64,000 nucleotides of DNA from the NCBI GenBank assembly GCA_037447435.1, contig JBBIGR010000008.1, positions 47,681 through 111,680 of the forward strand, in the 5' to 3' direction. Below, one piece after another: positions 9,374 to 19,063 of this stretch. The position numbers and the translations under genes are program-made. Below the pieces are notes generated by a model. The model ran no database searches. It saw only the letters and a list, made by a program, of their open reading frames with translations, and had not been told where the DNA came from. Source of the stretch: Fibrobacteria bacterium (GTDB lineage: Bacteria; Fibrobacterota; Chitinivibrionia; Chitinivibrionales; FEN-1185). Each line of letters begins with the position of its first letter. The stretch's first letter is position 1.

Positions 9374-12300
9374 GATTTTGTTCTCAACAATTTAAAGCGG
9401 CTTGCTTGATTATTGCCTCCTCAATGGCGATTTGGGCCCAATCGAGTATTCCGTTTTCCTCACCTACCATAGGCAGTTTTCATGCGCTTCCCGAAGATCC
9501 TGCACCGCAAAGCGTTCTATTAGCTGTCAATTCCATGTTCCTCACTTGCAATACGACGCTGTTTGAAGACCGCCAAATCATTGATTTTGAAAAGCGCGAG
9601 ATTTCGTTCGAACGTTATGATAAAACGTATAATATTCCTATTTGGCAATATAGATATGAAGAACTTGATTCGTATTTGGAGAGCAGACGCCGGTTTGCCC
9701 TGCTCAGCGGTTGGTATGCGGGTCAAACATCTGTTCTGGCGCCGGTCCAGGAAAAAAAGAAAGCATTTACCTCGTTGCAATGGGAATTGCCGGTGGAATA
9801 TCCATCGTGGGCGCAACGGATTTTGGGAAAAGATCCGCCGAAACTTTCCATTACCGGATATGAAAAAATCATTGTCTCCTATGAAAGCAATAAAATTGAA
9901 ACCGGGTCAAATTTGGACCTCCCGGCGACTGGGGCGTTAAATTTCGATCAGGAAAACCAATTTTCGATTACGGGAAGCGTCGGAAGGCTTATAAATATCA
10001 ATATCAAGGGAAGTACGAAAGAAGGTGTTGATGCTGCGAACGATCCATTAAAAAATTTCAAGATAGAATATAAAGGTGAAGGAAACGAACTTGAGGACGA
10101 AATTGTCCAGGAAGTGGTTGCCGGATATACGTCATTTGAAATGCCGGGAACCCAATTATCGGGCTTTTCAGAAAGTCATGAAGGCTTATTCGGCATCAAA
10201 ATGAATGCGAAATTAGGTCCTTTGTCTTTAACCGGTATCGCAAGTACCGAACAGGGTCAATCTCAGACAATGTCTTTTTCACCGACAGGGGCAGGGGAAT
10301 CAAGTACGAAAATATCAGAAAAGGACTTTGTTCCAAATAAAATATTCTTTTTAGATTCGATTTATTTGCAAAAATATCTGGGCAAGCGAGCCACGGTCCC
10401 TAAAGTCGCCCAACTTCAGGTGTGGTTGTCAAATGCGAATATGGTCAATGAAGCAAAGCCTGCGGATAATGCAAGCAAGACAAACACCAACATTTATAAG
10501 AAAGTTGGGGCCAGTTTATCATGGTATAAAAAACTTGAAGAAAAGCGCCATTATTTCTTAAACCAGGATGAAGGATGGATACGATTCGATAGCACGATTT
10601 CCGAAAGCGACTTGCTTGGAATATATCTGGTGTTTTCCGACACGACTTACAAAACAAAGGGGTATAATATCCTTGACAATCCTGTCGCTGCAAAAGACAC
10701 GGCAATCGATACTCTGTGGACGCTTAAATTTCAGGACCAAAATACTTCTCATCCGACATTTCCGCTTATGTGGCGAAATGTGTATCAATTACCTAATGGA
10801 TTCGATCAGGATAAATTCAAGCTTCGGGTGACCCGTTCCAATGCAGACACGGGTGTTGAAAAAACAAGCGATAATAAATATTTTTCCAACGTTCTTGGGT
10901 TGGCTAATGATAAGGGGGTTCCCTACACAACGAACACCCAGATTTTTGACAATGTTCACAACATTATAGTGATACCCGCATTTACATCGTCGGATACCTC
11001 GGTTAGGGGCAACGAACCGTTTTCAAACCCTGCGTTGGGTACCGATGCTGTTGACAAAGATATTTATCATAAAACGGGGGCAAATGATTTCGGCCTCATA
11101 ATCCCGAAATTCCAGATATCAATGTCCGGAGCTTCGAGGAAAACAACCTTTACGCTCGGTTTTGGCAGTGTCATGCAGGGAACGGAAATTTTGAAAATCG
11201 ATGGTAAGCAATTGGTTCGGGGTACCGATTATTTGATAGATTATCAAACCGGTCAGGTTGATCTTATCAGTAAAGAGGCGATGAACGCCAACCAAATTTC
11301 CGCAGAATTCCAAAGTGAAGCGTTATTCGTGGCAAAACAAAAGGTGTTCTTTGGGCTTCGTGGAGAAACAAAACTGCCCTTTAGCGATAAGTCGATACTT
11401 GGTATGAGCATACTATATCAGGATGCGAGTGCAAGGGAAAATGTACCAAAATTGAATCAGGAGCCGTATTCGAAACTGTTGCTTGATGTGAATTCAAAAG
11501 TTGAATTTGAGCCTGAATGGATGACAAAAGCGGTTAATGCAATTCCCCTCATTTCGACGGACGCTGCATCGGCCTTGTCGATTGAGGTTGAAGTCGCCCA
11601 TTCAAGTACAAATCCGAACACAAGCTCCGGGAAAGATGCATATATCGATGATTTCGAAAGTAGCAAAGAAGTGTATCCTATGCCGTTTTTGGAGTCATCG
11701 TGGTATACGGCTTCTCCACCCCCGGATGATAATAATTCTCCTATTGACATGCTTAAAAATCCTCCTGCTTGGATTCAATATTGGTATGCACCGTTACAAG
11801 GCGATGGACAACCTTTAAAAACCGATATCTTCAAGCAATTGCCCGATGTTGCAACGCAAACCGATGCTGAAAAATATGAGCCGGTTTTAAAGCTTTTTGC
11901 CCAACCTAAGCCACCCCAAAATAATCCATACTATGACACCACATTGCATCCGTGGGCTGGATTCATGACTTCTTTTCCAAGCAATGTGGCAAATCGCAGC
12001 AAAGATAAATTTCTCGAATTCTGGGCCAAAAATAATGGCGGTGGCAGGCTTACTATCGACATGGGGCTTGTGAGCGAAGATATTTCAATTGACGGCGGTC
12101 CGCCGAATGGCAGACCTGATTTGGAAGATAAAAACAATATCGGGTATTTTGATTCGCTTGATGTTGGATTAGATGGTCTTACTGATGCGGATGAGTATTA
12201 TGTATATCCGCGTAAAACTGCAACAGGTACCTATTATTGGGATACTTTGCGATATTTGAAACAGGACCTTACAACAAAAGCATATCTTACTGATCCAAAA

Positions 12301-15300
12301 ACAGGGCGGAATATTATTAACGATTTATTACCGATTCCGGGGGACCCGAGCAAAGATAATTTTCAAATTTACCGTTTAACTCCAGAATCTGATAAACAGA
12401 ATTTTTCACATATGAATGGAACGGAAAAAAACCATTATCTGAATTCGGAAGATATAAATGGAGATGGCTGGCATACAACCGAAGCGTATTACCGGCGATA
12501 CATCGATTTCGATAGTACCAATGATGCCGCTTTCATGTCTAAGAATGCGAATAATTATCGCATCAATGATTCTGTTGCTAATGCAGACACTAGTCACGGA
12601 TGGCATTTTTATAGAATACCGCTGAATGACTCGTTAACAGGTGATTGCAAAATCAATGGTTCGCCGAGTTGGTCGGAAATAAAGTTTTTGCGTATTTCCT
12701 GGACAAAAATGAAAAACGACACCCAGAGCGTTGAATTTGCCCGTATGCAATTTGTCGGTAATCAGTGGCAGGAATTGTCTCAAGATACACTTCACAAATC
12801 AAAAATTGCCATATCTACCTTAAATACCGAAGAAAACAAGGGGTTTTATACGCCACCGCCAACTTTGGTATTGCAGAAAGATGACCGAGGCAATCTTGAG
12901 CGGGAAACTTCCTTAAAAATCGATTATAACAACATTTTGCCTGGGGACATTGCTATTGCAAAACGGTCGATGTCAACCAATGCTTTGAATCTTTCATCAT
13001 ATCAAAATATTTCGCTTATGGTGCATGGTGATTCAATACACAATGATCTTTGGTATGTTTTCCGTTTCGGTACCGATGATTCCACTTATTATGAATGCAA
13101 AACCAAGTTTGATATGAGCAATTCCTGGAAGGAAATGAGTATTAATCTTAAGGAATTATCTGATATAAAGAGAAAATATATAGATGATCATACCGATACA
13201 TTCGTTAATACCAGTGCCATATCAAGTAATGGAAGTGGAAATGTTTTGTCAATTCGTTCGCCAAGAGGCAGAACGGCAAGTTTCGCGACCATAACTTATA
13301 TGGCCATGGGTGTTATGCGCGATAGTGGGGGTGTTGGGGTAAACGGCTATAGCGGCCAGGTTTGGACAGACGAACTTAAGGTAAAGGGTATAAACCCGAT
13401 GGAAGGCTTTGCCGGTCGAGCTTATTTGTCAACTAAATGGGCCGACTTCATGAATTTATCCTTGGGTATGGACTATGAAGACGGCATGTTCAGGCGAATG
13501 ACCGAAACCGATTTAGCATTGAAAAGTTCATCTATTTCGACCAATTTCAGTGTGGATTGGCGACTTGATAAATTTATGCCTGCAGATTGGGGCGTTTCCA
13601 TACCGCTGGGAACCCGAATGCAGGAAAAACTCATACGTCCGCAAATTAAGCCCAATTCAGACATATTTCTTAATACCAACGGTTCGCCGGATGGAATCAT
13701 GGACATGTATGCAGAACTTGTCAATATGATAGGCGGGCGAAATGTGATAGGACCGAAAAACACCTTGTCGAGCCATTATCAAACTGCAACATTCTCGCGT
13801 AACTGGCATACGGCATATGAGAAGAAAACTGCATCCCCAAATTTCTTTATCGATGCATTATTCGACCGCTTTTCCATGACCGATCTTTCATACGATTACG
13901 CCACAAATGTGACAGGACGCGGCCCTGCATCCTTTGGAGGGGCGGACAGGCTCGATGTCGATACGACCGAAACATACCATACTTTGCTAAAATATGATTT
14001 GAGCCCGAAACTTGCTCCAAAGTGGACAAAATGGAAACCGTTTGAAGATTCAAAAATTCTTTGGCTTCCCGAGCGAATTAAAGGATATGAATTCAATTGG
14101 CTTCCGACTACCTTTACCGTCGATATGGCGGATCTTACCTATTCTCGCGAGGCAAAAGGCCTTGGGTTAACAGGGGATAAATCGGAAACAAAAAAGCTTG
14201 GAATCGACCATCGCGTAAATTTATTGTATGATCCGATCAATATTTTAAACCTCAGTTACAACCTGACCTCGAGCCGGAATTTTGATGATGATGTACAGGA
14301 TTTGAATCTGAAGGATAATTTTTATTATTTCATGAGTAAAAAGGTTAGTCAAATGAATCAGGCTTGGCATAGCTTCGGTGTTTTATATGGAGAGCGAAAC
14401 CGGGCCCAAAACCTGAACGTACATTTCGATCCTTCTTTCTTAGACTGGTTGTCGCATTCTTTTGATTATAATACATCGTATGGACAAAGCAAGACTACGA
14501 TAACTAACGATACTACCGATTATTTAAATCTGAAGTCCGATGCTACTTTTAAATTGACAAGTACCTTAAATATGGCGAATTTGTTCAAGAATTTTTCAAC
14601 GGGGTTTTCAAGCATGAAGGCGCTTGCGGAAACGTTCAATTCGATAGAAAAAGGCATAGAAAAAATAGCATTGACAAGCATAACTTTCGACTATTCTGCA
14701 AAAGCATCGGTGGCCAATTATTATTTGGATCCTGCCACCGTGGAAGGTACTGGTGCCGATCTTGGCAGGAGTAAATGGAATTTCTTTCTGTACCAAGTCG
14801 GGATGTCGGGCCGGTCGGGAAAAAATATTTGGAATATCGTTACTGGAGATATGGACGACTATGCATTGGGCGGCATGCGGTTTCGCGGATATAATCCCAA
14901 TATCAATGGCCAGGATCAGCGTACCAGCGATAAGACGTATGGTATTACTACCAATTTTGCGTTGCCTGAACCCATTGATCTTCGGATCACATCGATTGGT
15001 TTAAAATGGGGAAACAGCTATGTTATAACTCCAGATACTACTAAGATTGACAGGACCACGACATTTCCGGACTTTTCGGTGCAGGCACAAACCGGTTTGT
15101 TGAATAAATTACAAATTGTTAACAGGAACGCGAACGCTGTTCAGGTGACATCCGGGTTTAATTATGTTCGAAAACAGCAAGAACGCAACACCGGTACCAC
15201 TCCGGCAGATCTTGATATAGTGACCTCAAAAACATATTCTATGACTCCTCTTTTTGGCGTCGACGGCACTTTAAAACAATGGCCGGTAAATATTTCTTAT

Positions 15301-15702
15301 GCGCATACCTGGACAATTAAGACTGATAGCAGCAGTAAAACGAATTCGGGCACCAGGACTACCGATCATGATAATAAACTCAATATTCGCTACGAAATAA
15401 GCAAAGCTAGTACGGGGAAGGATGAGTTCAAATTCCTTATGTGGACCATTCCAGTTAAGGGACGAGTAGAGACTGGGTTGGAAGGGGATTTTGCCACCAG
15501 TAAAGTTGAATCAAAAACTACAGATCAGTCCGATTATAGTACTACAGCAGATTCCTGGACATTGCAAATATCGCCGCATGCCTCGTACGATTTTACCGAA
15601 AATATTACTGGAGAAGTTAAGTATACGGGTACAAGAAAAAAAGAGATTCCTCAGACAACGTCATCACATATTTTCTCTCTTTCGGTCACTATTCGATTTT
15701 AG
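9370..15702 (+). CDS. sprA: giant outer-membrane beta-barrel protein, SprA/Sov-like type IX secretion translocon candidate
   Basis: 2110 aa with a signal peptide (AACLIIASSMAIWAQS). The N-terminal block ...FDQENQFSITGSVG...NFKIEYKGEGNELEDEIVQEVVAGYTSFEMPG matches my memory of the SprA family signature (FDFEN...KLEY.G.EDEII..IE.GNVS.P). The C-terminus ends in an OMP beta-signal (FSLSVTIRF). Size fits SprA-class proteins. Confidence 0.6.
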   Translation: MRFCSQQFKAACLIIASSMAIWAQSSIPFSSPTIGSFHALPEDPAPQSVLLAVNSMFLTCNTTLFEDRQIIDFEKREISFERYDKTYNIPIWQYRYEELDSYLESRRRFALLSGWYAGQTSVLAPVQEKKKAFTSLQWELPVEYPSWAQRILGKDPPKLSITGYEKIIVSYESNKIETGSNLDLPATGALNFDQENQFSITGSVGRLININIKGSTKEGVDAANDPLKNFKIEYKGEGNELEDEIVQEVVAGYTSFEMPGTQLSGFSESHEGLFGIKMNAKLGPLSLTGIASTEQGQSQTMSFSPTGAGESSTKISEKDFVPNKIFFLDSIYLQKYLGKRATVPKVAQLQVWLSNANMVNEAKPADNASKTNTNIYKKVGASLSWYKKLEEKRHYFLNQDEGWIRFDSTISESDLLGIYLVFSDTTYKTKGYNILDNPVAAKDTAIDTLWTLKFQDQNTSHPTFPLMWRNVYQLPNGFDQDKFKLRVTRSNADTGVEKTSDNKYFSNVLGLANDKGVPYTTNTQIFDNVHNIIVIPAFTSSDTSVRGNEPFSNPALGTDAVDKDIYHKTGANDFGLIIPKFQISMSGASRKTTFTLGFGSVMQGTEILKIDGKQLVRGTDYLIDYQTGQVDLISKEAMNANQISAEFQSEALFVAKQKVFFGLRGETKLPFSDKSILGMSILYQDASARENVPKLNQEPYSKLLLDVNSKVEFEPEWMTKAVNAIPLISTDAASALSIEVEVAHSSTNPNTSSGKDAYIDDFESSKEVYPMPFLESSWYTASPPPDDNNSPIDMLKNPPAWIQYWYAPLQGDGQPLKTDIFKQLPDVATQTDAEKYEPVLKLFAQPKPPQNNPYYDTTLHPWAGFMTSFPSNVANRSKDKFLEFWAKNNGGGRLTIDMGLVSEDISIDGGPPNGRPDLEDKNNIGYFDSLDVGLDGLTDADEYYVYPRKTATGTYYWDTLRYLKQDLTTKAYLTDPKTGRNIINDLLPIPGDPSKDNFQIYRLTPESDKQNFSHMNGTEKNHYLNSEDINGDGWHTTEAYYRRYIDFDSTNDAAFMSKNANNYRINDSVANADTSHGWHFYRIPLNDSLTGDCKINGSPSWSEIKFLRISWTKMKNDTQSVEFARMQFVGNQWQELSQDTLHKSKIAISTLNTEENKGFYTPPPTLVLQKDDRGNLERETSLKIDYNNILPGDIAIAKRSMSTNALNLSSYQNISLMVHGDSIHNDLWYVFRFGTDDSTYYECKTKFDMSNSWKEMSINLKELSDIKRKYIDDHTDTFVNTSAISSNGSGNVLSIRSPRGRTASFATITYMAMGVMRDSGGVGVNGYSGQVWTDELKVKGINPMEGFAGRAYLSTKWADFMNLSLGMDYEDGMFRRMTETDLALKSSSISTNFSVDWRLDKFMPADWGVSIPLGTRMQEKLIRPQIKPNSDIFLNTNGSPDGIMDMYAELVNMIGGRNVIGPKNTLSSHYQTATFSRNWHTAYEKKTASPNFFIDALFDRFSMTDLSYDYATNVTGRGPASFGGADRLDVDTTETYHTLLKYDLSPKLAPKWTKWKPFEDSKILWLPERIKGYEFNWLPTTFTVDMADLTYSREAKGLGLTGDKSETKKLGIDHRVNLLYDPINILNLSYNLTSSRNFDDDVQDLNLKDNFYYFMSKKVSQMNQAWHSFGVLYGERNRAQNLNVHFDPSFLDWLSHSFDYNTSYGQSKTTITNDTTDYLNLKSDATFKLTSTLNMANLFKNFSTGFSSMKALAETFNSIEKGIEKIALTSITFDYSAKASVANYYLDPATVEGTGADLGRSKWNFFLYQVGMSGRSGKNIWNIVTGDMDDYALGGMRFRGYNPNINGQDQRTSDKTYGITTNFALPEPIDLRITSIGLKWGNSYVITPDTTKIDRTTTFPDFSVQAQTGLLNKLQIVNRNANAVQVTSGFNYVRKQQERNTGTTPADLDIVTSKTYSMTPLFGVDGTLKQWPVNISYAHTWTIKTDSSSKTNSGTRTTDHDNKLNIRYEISKASTGKDEFKFLMWTIPVKGRVETGLEGDFATSKVESKTTDQSDYSTTADSWTLQISPHASYDFTENITGEVKYTGTRKKEIPQTTSSHIFSLSVTIRF

Positions 15703-15824
15703 CCAGGATTATCCTGTCTAAAATCGAAACGCCCTTATATATATTCATTTTATAATATATATCTTTAAGGATAAACGTCCTGCATGGGTGAGACCCCACG
15801 AATTGTTTGCAAGGAATAAATTTC

Positions 15825-17363
15825 ATGGGAAAAAAGATTCTTTTTACTGCAACGCCCACTGAAAAACGGGCAGCGCTTCTTGATAATGAGCGGGTAGTTG
15901 AACTTGTTGTTGAACGTCCCGATAGCTTGAAAGTTGTCGGCAACATATATCGCGGAAAAATTGTTTCCATATTGCCTGGCTTACAGGCAGCGTTCGTAGA
16001 TATAGGCCTCCAAAAGGCTGCGTTTTTGCATGCATCGGATGTTGATCCTTCCTTATTGCTTGACGAAGGAGATGCTTCGCTTGAACGTTACACAGAACAA
16101 AACAATAATAAGCGAAAACGCATTGTTCGTATTCCTATAGAAAAGGTTCTTGAAGAAGGACAGGAGATCCTTGTTCAGGTTATTAAAGAGCCTATAGGTA
16201 CAAAGGGTGCGAAAGTTACGACGCAAATCAGTTTGGCTGGAATGTTTCTCGTTTTGGTACCTGATGCAAATTTTATCGGAGTTTCTAAAAAAACCAGTGA
16301 CGATAAGCGGCGCCAAAGGCTAAAAAAGCTCATTGCTTCATTAAAACCTCCCGGGGTTGGCTTCATTGTAAGAACCATTGGTCTTAAAGTTGCTGAACCA
16401 GAATTTGTTAAAGAAATTCAAAGCTTATGCTCCAAGTGGAGAAATGCCCAGGACGAGGCCTTACGCGGGGCTGCACCCAAATTGGTATACAGGGAAATGG
16501 GTATTACAACCAGGGTTATTCGCGATTTGTTTTCCGAGGATGTTACTGAAGTATATGTTGATCAAACCGATGATTTTGCGGAAATTCAGTCATATTTAAA
16601 GGTCATGTCGCCGGAACTGTGCCAAAAAATAGTATTATACAACGACAAGCCGCCTTTGTTCGATAAGTTCAATATTGAAAAAGATCTGGAGCTATCTCTA
16701 AAACGTAAAGTATGGCTTAAAAGCGGCGGCTATATTCTTTTCGATCATGCTGAAGCCTTGCTCGCCATAGATGTTAATACGGGAAGAAATGTCGGACGCA
16801 GCAATCTTGAAGATACGATTTTTAAAACCAACTTGGATGCTGCACATGAAATAGCTCGCCAGTTTCGCTTGCGCGACATCGGGGGCATTATTGTTATTGA
16901 TTTTATAGATATGGAAAAAGCCGAGAATCGTAGGCGAATTGAAGACGAAATGCATAATCTCTTGAAAAAAGATCCGACCGTAACCGATTGCACTGGATTA
17001 TCCAAGTTTGGTCTTATGGAAATCACCAGAAAACGTGTACGGCCCGAATTACAGGAATTGTTTACCGACGTTTGTAATGTTTGTAATGGAATTGGCTGGG
17101 TGTTTTCGCCGGCAACCGTTACTTCCAGAATCGATCGATGGCTCAATCGCGCAGATGCGAAAGGTACACCGCGTGAGCTAGTTTTAGCAGTGAACCCTGC
17201 GGTAAAGGCCTATCTTACCAAAGAAAACAGCCAAATGCTTAAGAAGTTGGAAATTGAACATAATTTCCATCTCAGCGTCGTGGAGGATGAAGATATCGAT
17301 CAGGATGATTATGAATTTTATCCACAGGGCGAGAAAAAGGCCATCACGTCAAAATTCACGTGA
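15825..17363 (+). CDS. rng: Rne/Rng family ribonuclease (RNase G)
   Basis: S1 domain (GNIYRGKIVSILPGLQAAFVDIG) and an RNase E/G catalytic core (LLAIDVNTGRNVG, IIVIDFIDM). ATG 15825 has AAGGAA 8 nt upstream. The ORF opens at TTG 15807. Confidence 0.85.
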   Translation: MGKKILFTATPTEKRAALLDNERVVELVVERPDSLKVVGNIYRGKIVSILPGLQAAFVDIGLQKAAFLHASDVDPSLLLDEGDASLERYTEQNNNKRKRIVRIPIEKVLEEGQEILVQVIKEPIGTKGAKVTTQISLAGMFLVLVPDANFIGVSKKTSDDKRRQRLKKLIASLKPPGVGFIVRTIGLKVAEPEFVKEIQSLCSKWRNAQDEALRGAAPKLVYREMGITTRVIRDLFSEDVTEVYVDQTDDFAEIQSYLKVMSPELCQKIVLYNDKPPLFDKFNIEKDLELSLKRKVWLKSGGYILFDHAEALLAIDVNTGRNVGRSNLEDTIFKTNLDAAHEIARQFRLRDIGGIIVIDFIDMEKAENRRRIEDEMHNLLKKDPTVTDCTGLSKFGLMEITRKRVRPELQELFTDVCNVCNGIGWVFSPATVTSRIDRWLNRADAKGTPRELVLAVNPAVKAYLTKENSQMLKKLEIEHNFHLSVVEDEDIDQDDYEFYPQGEKKAITSKFT

Positions 17364-17386
17364 AAAAAATACAATTTTTTAGGACC

Positions 17387-17416
17387 TTGACTCAAAATTC
17401 CGGTGGAATGTATATT
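17387..17416 (+). promoter_or_regulatory. putative sigma70-like promoter of rplU-rpmA
   Basis: TTGACT (17387..17392), an 18-nt spacer, then TATATT (17411..17416). AGGAG lies at 17442..17446, ahead of the rplU start. Confidence 0.4.
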
Positions 17417-17452
17417 AAACGTTTTGCCAATCAATAAAACCAGGAGTATGTG

Positions 17453-17764
17453 ATGTTTTCGATTGTTGAACAGGCCGGCTTTCAGTTCAAAGTGTCCCTT
17501 GGGGACAAGATTCGGGTCCCTCTTATGACTGCTGAAAAAGGAAGTGAAATTTCCTTGGATAAAGTCCTTTTTATCGGGGACGACAGTGGCGTAAAAGTGG
17601 GGACACCGTTGGTTTCAGGCGCAGTTGTCAAGGCCAAAGTTCTTGACCATGAAAAAGGCGACAAAGTCATTATCATGAAAAAGAAACGCCGTAAAACCTA
17701 TAAACGTAGAACTGGTCACAGACAGAATTTTACTAAGATCGAAATCGTTTCGATTTCGGCATAA
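17453..17764 (+). CDS. rplU: 50S ribosomal protein L21
   Basis: MFSIVEQAGFQFKV... is a typical L21 N-terminus and the C-terminus is HRQNFTKIEI. ATG 17453 lies 6 nt after AGGAG. The ORF track begins one codon earlier, at GTG 17450. Confidence 0.92.
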   Translation: MFSIVEQAGFQFKVSLGDKIRVPLMTAEKGSEISLDKVLFIGDDSGVKVGTPLVSGAVVKAKVLDHEKGDKVIIMKKKRRKTYKRRTGHRQNFTKIEIVSISA

Positions 17765-17803
17765 TCTTTTCACTGAAATAACAGGCAATCAAAGGAACTA
17801 GTA

Positions 17804-18058
17804 ATGGCTCATAAAAAAGGCGGCGGAAGCAGCACAAACGGACGCGATAGTAATCCACAATACCTTGGCGTAAAAAAATACGGCGGGGAACATGTGATTT
17901 CAGGAAACATCATTGTTCGTCAAAAAGGAACAGTTGTACATCCTGGTGTTAATGTGGCAAAAGGAAAAGACGATACACTTTTTGCAACAGCAGAAGGTGT
18001 TGTAAAGTTTTCACGGTTCACAAAAAATAAGAAAAAAGTTAGCGTCGTACCAGCTTAA
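17804..18058 (+). CDS. rpmA: 50S ribosomal protein L27
   Basis: [25 protein letters not shown]... is the canonical L27 N-terminus. 84 aa. Confidence 0.95.
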   Translation: MAHKKGGGSSTNGRDSNPQYLGVKKYGGEHVISGNIIVRQKGTVVHPGVNVAKGKDDTLFATAEGVVKFSRFTKNKKKVSVVPA

Positions 18059-18076
18059 AATTCGAATAATAAAATG

Positions 18077-18109
18077 AAAAGGAGTAAGACTTATAGCCTT
18101 ACTCCTTTT
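18077..18109. terminator. bidirectional hairpin terminator between convergent rpmA and the GT2 gene
   Basis: AAAAGGAGTAAG-ACTTATAGC-CTTACTCCTTTT forms a 12-bp stem flanked by an A-run on the 5' side and a T-run on the 3' side. Confidence 0.6.
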
Positions 18110-19057
18110 TTATTTTTTTAGCTCTCTTAGTACTGAATCTCGATTTCTAACCCAAGAACGAACTAAACCTCTCAGGTGGTATTTATAATATGTTCGCAAA
18201 CCAACTTTGTTTGCGAACAGCGATTTTAAAATCATTGCGGAAAAAAAAGAGGATAATAGGAAATTTAAAGCTATTTTTCCCAAAAAGGAATGATGCTTTT
18301 TAAAGTAATAATTCCAGCTTTGATAAAAAATTGTAGTCAAAGGTCCGCCGTCTGAGCCGCTGCTTCCACCGCGCAAATGCACAATCTTGGTTCCGGAAAA
18401 ATATTCAATTGAATATCCTTTTTTCCTTGCGCGTTTAGCCAAATCCGTTTCTTCAAAGTACATGAAAAATGTTTCGTCGAGACCGCCGAGCAAGTCGTAT
18501 AGGTCTTTTTTTAATAAAAAGAAAGCGCCGCAAGGAAAATCTATTGCCGTTATACCATCGCTTTCAGACGGTATAACAGCACGTAATTGATTGAAACGGT
18601 TTGTAAGAATTTCTTTGGTCAAAAGGGGCAGAGAGGGGAAAAAACCATAAGAAATATCCGGCCTTTTATCTTTATCAAGTAACATGCAGCCGCAACCGAA
18701 AAGCTTTGGGTTTTTGTCTAAATGTTCTACAGCCCGACAAAGAGAGTCGTCTAGGAGATAAGTGTCACTATTAAGAAGAAGGACGTTTTTGCCGGATGTA
18801 CGATGGATTCCGATGTTGTTGGCACGAGCAAAGCCGACATTATCGTCAAGCAATATTGCTTGGACCCAGGATTTGTTTTCCTGAAACGATTGCAACCATT
18901 CCCGGCTTCCGTCATGAGAATTATTATCAACTACAACGGTAATAAAATTCAATTTGCCGAGCAGATGTTTTTCAAGGCTTTCGACGCATTGCTTGAGTAA
19001 GTCAACAGTGTTAAAGCTGACAATAATTATTGATAAATCGTAATATGCAGTAGCCAT
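18110..19057 (-). CDS. glycosyltransferase family 2
   Basis: LSIIIVSFNT...VVVDNNSHDGS...NVGFARANNIG...LLLNSDT are classic GT2 (rhamnosyltransferase-like) motifs. Confidence 0.8.
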   Translation of the reverse strand: MATAYYDLSIIIVSFNTVDLLKQCVESLEKHLLGKLNFITVVVDNNSHDGSREWLQSFQENKSWVQAILLDDNVGFARANNIGIHRTSGKNVLLLNSDTYLLDDSLCRAVEHLDKNPKLFGCGCMLLDKDKRPDISYGFFPSLPLLTKEILTNRFNQLRAVIPSESDGITAIDFPCGAFFLLKKDLYDLLGGLDETFFMYFEETDLAKRARKKGYSIEYFSGTKIVHLRGGSSGSDGGPLTTIFYQSWNYYFKKHHSFLGKIALNFLLSSFFSAMILKSLFANKVGLRTYYKYHLRGLVRSWVRNRDSVLRELKK

Positions 19058-19063
19058 AGTCGT

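Noticed and set aside
9520-15004. Numerous 60-125-aa ORFs nested in or antisense to the 2110-aa gene.
   Set aside because: They are all contained within a continuous 6.3-kb reading frame that has a signal peptide and an OMP C-terminus. These are typical shadow ORFs.
15704-15716. Perfect palindrome CAGGATTATCCTG at the sprA stop, considered as a terminator.
   Set aside because: The loop would be only 1-3 nt and no T-tract follows. At best it is a protein-binding palindrome, and it is too short to call.
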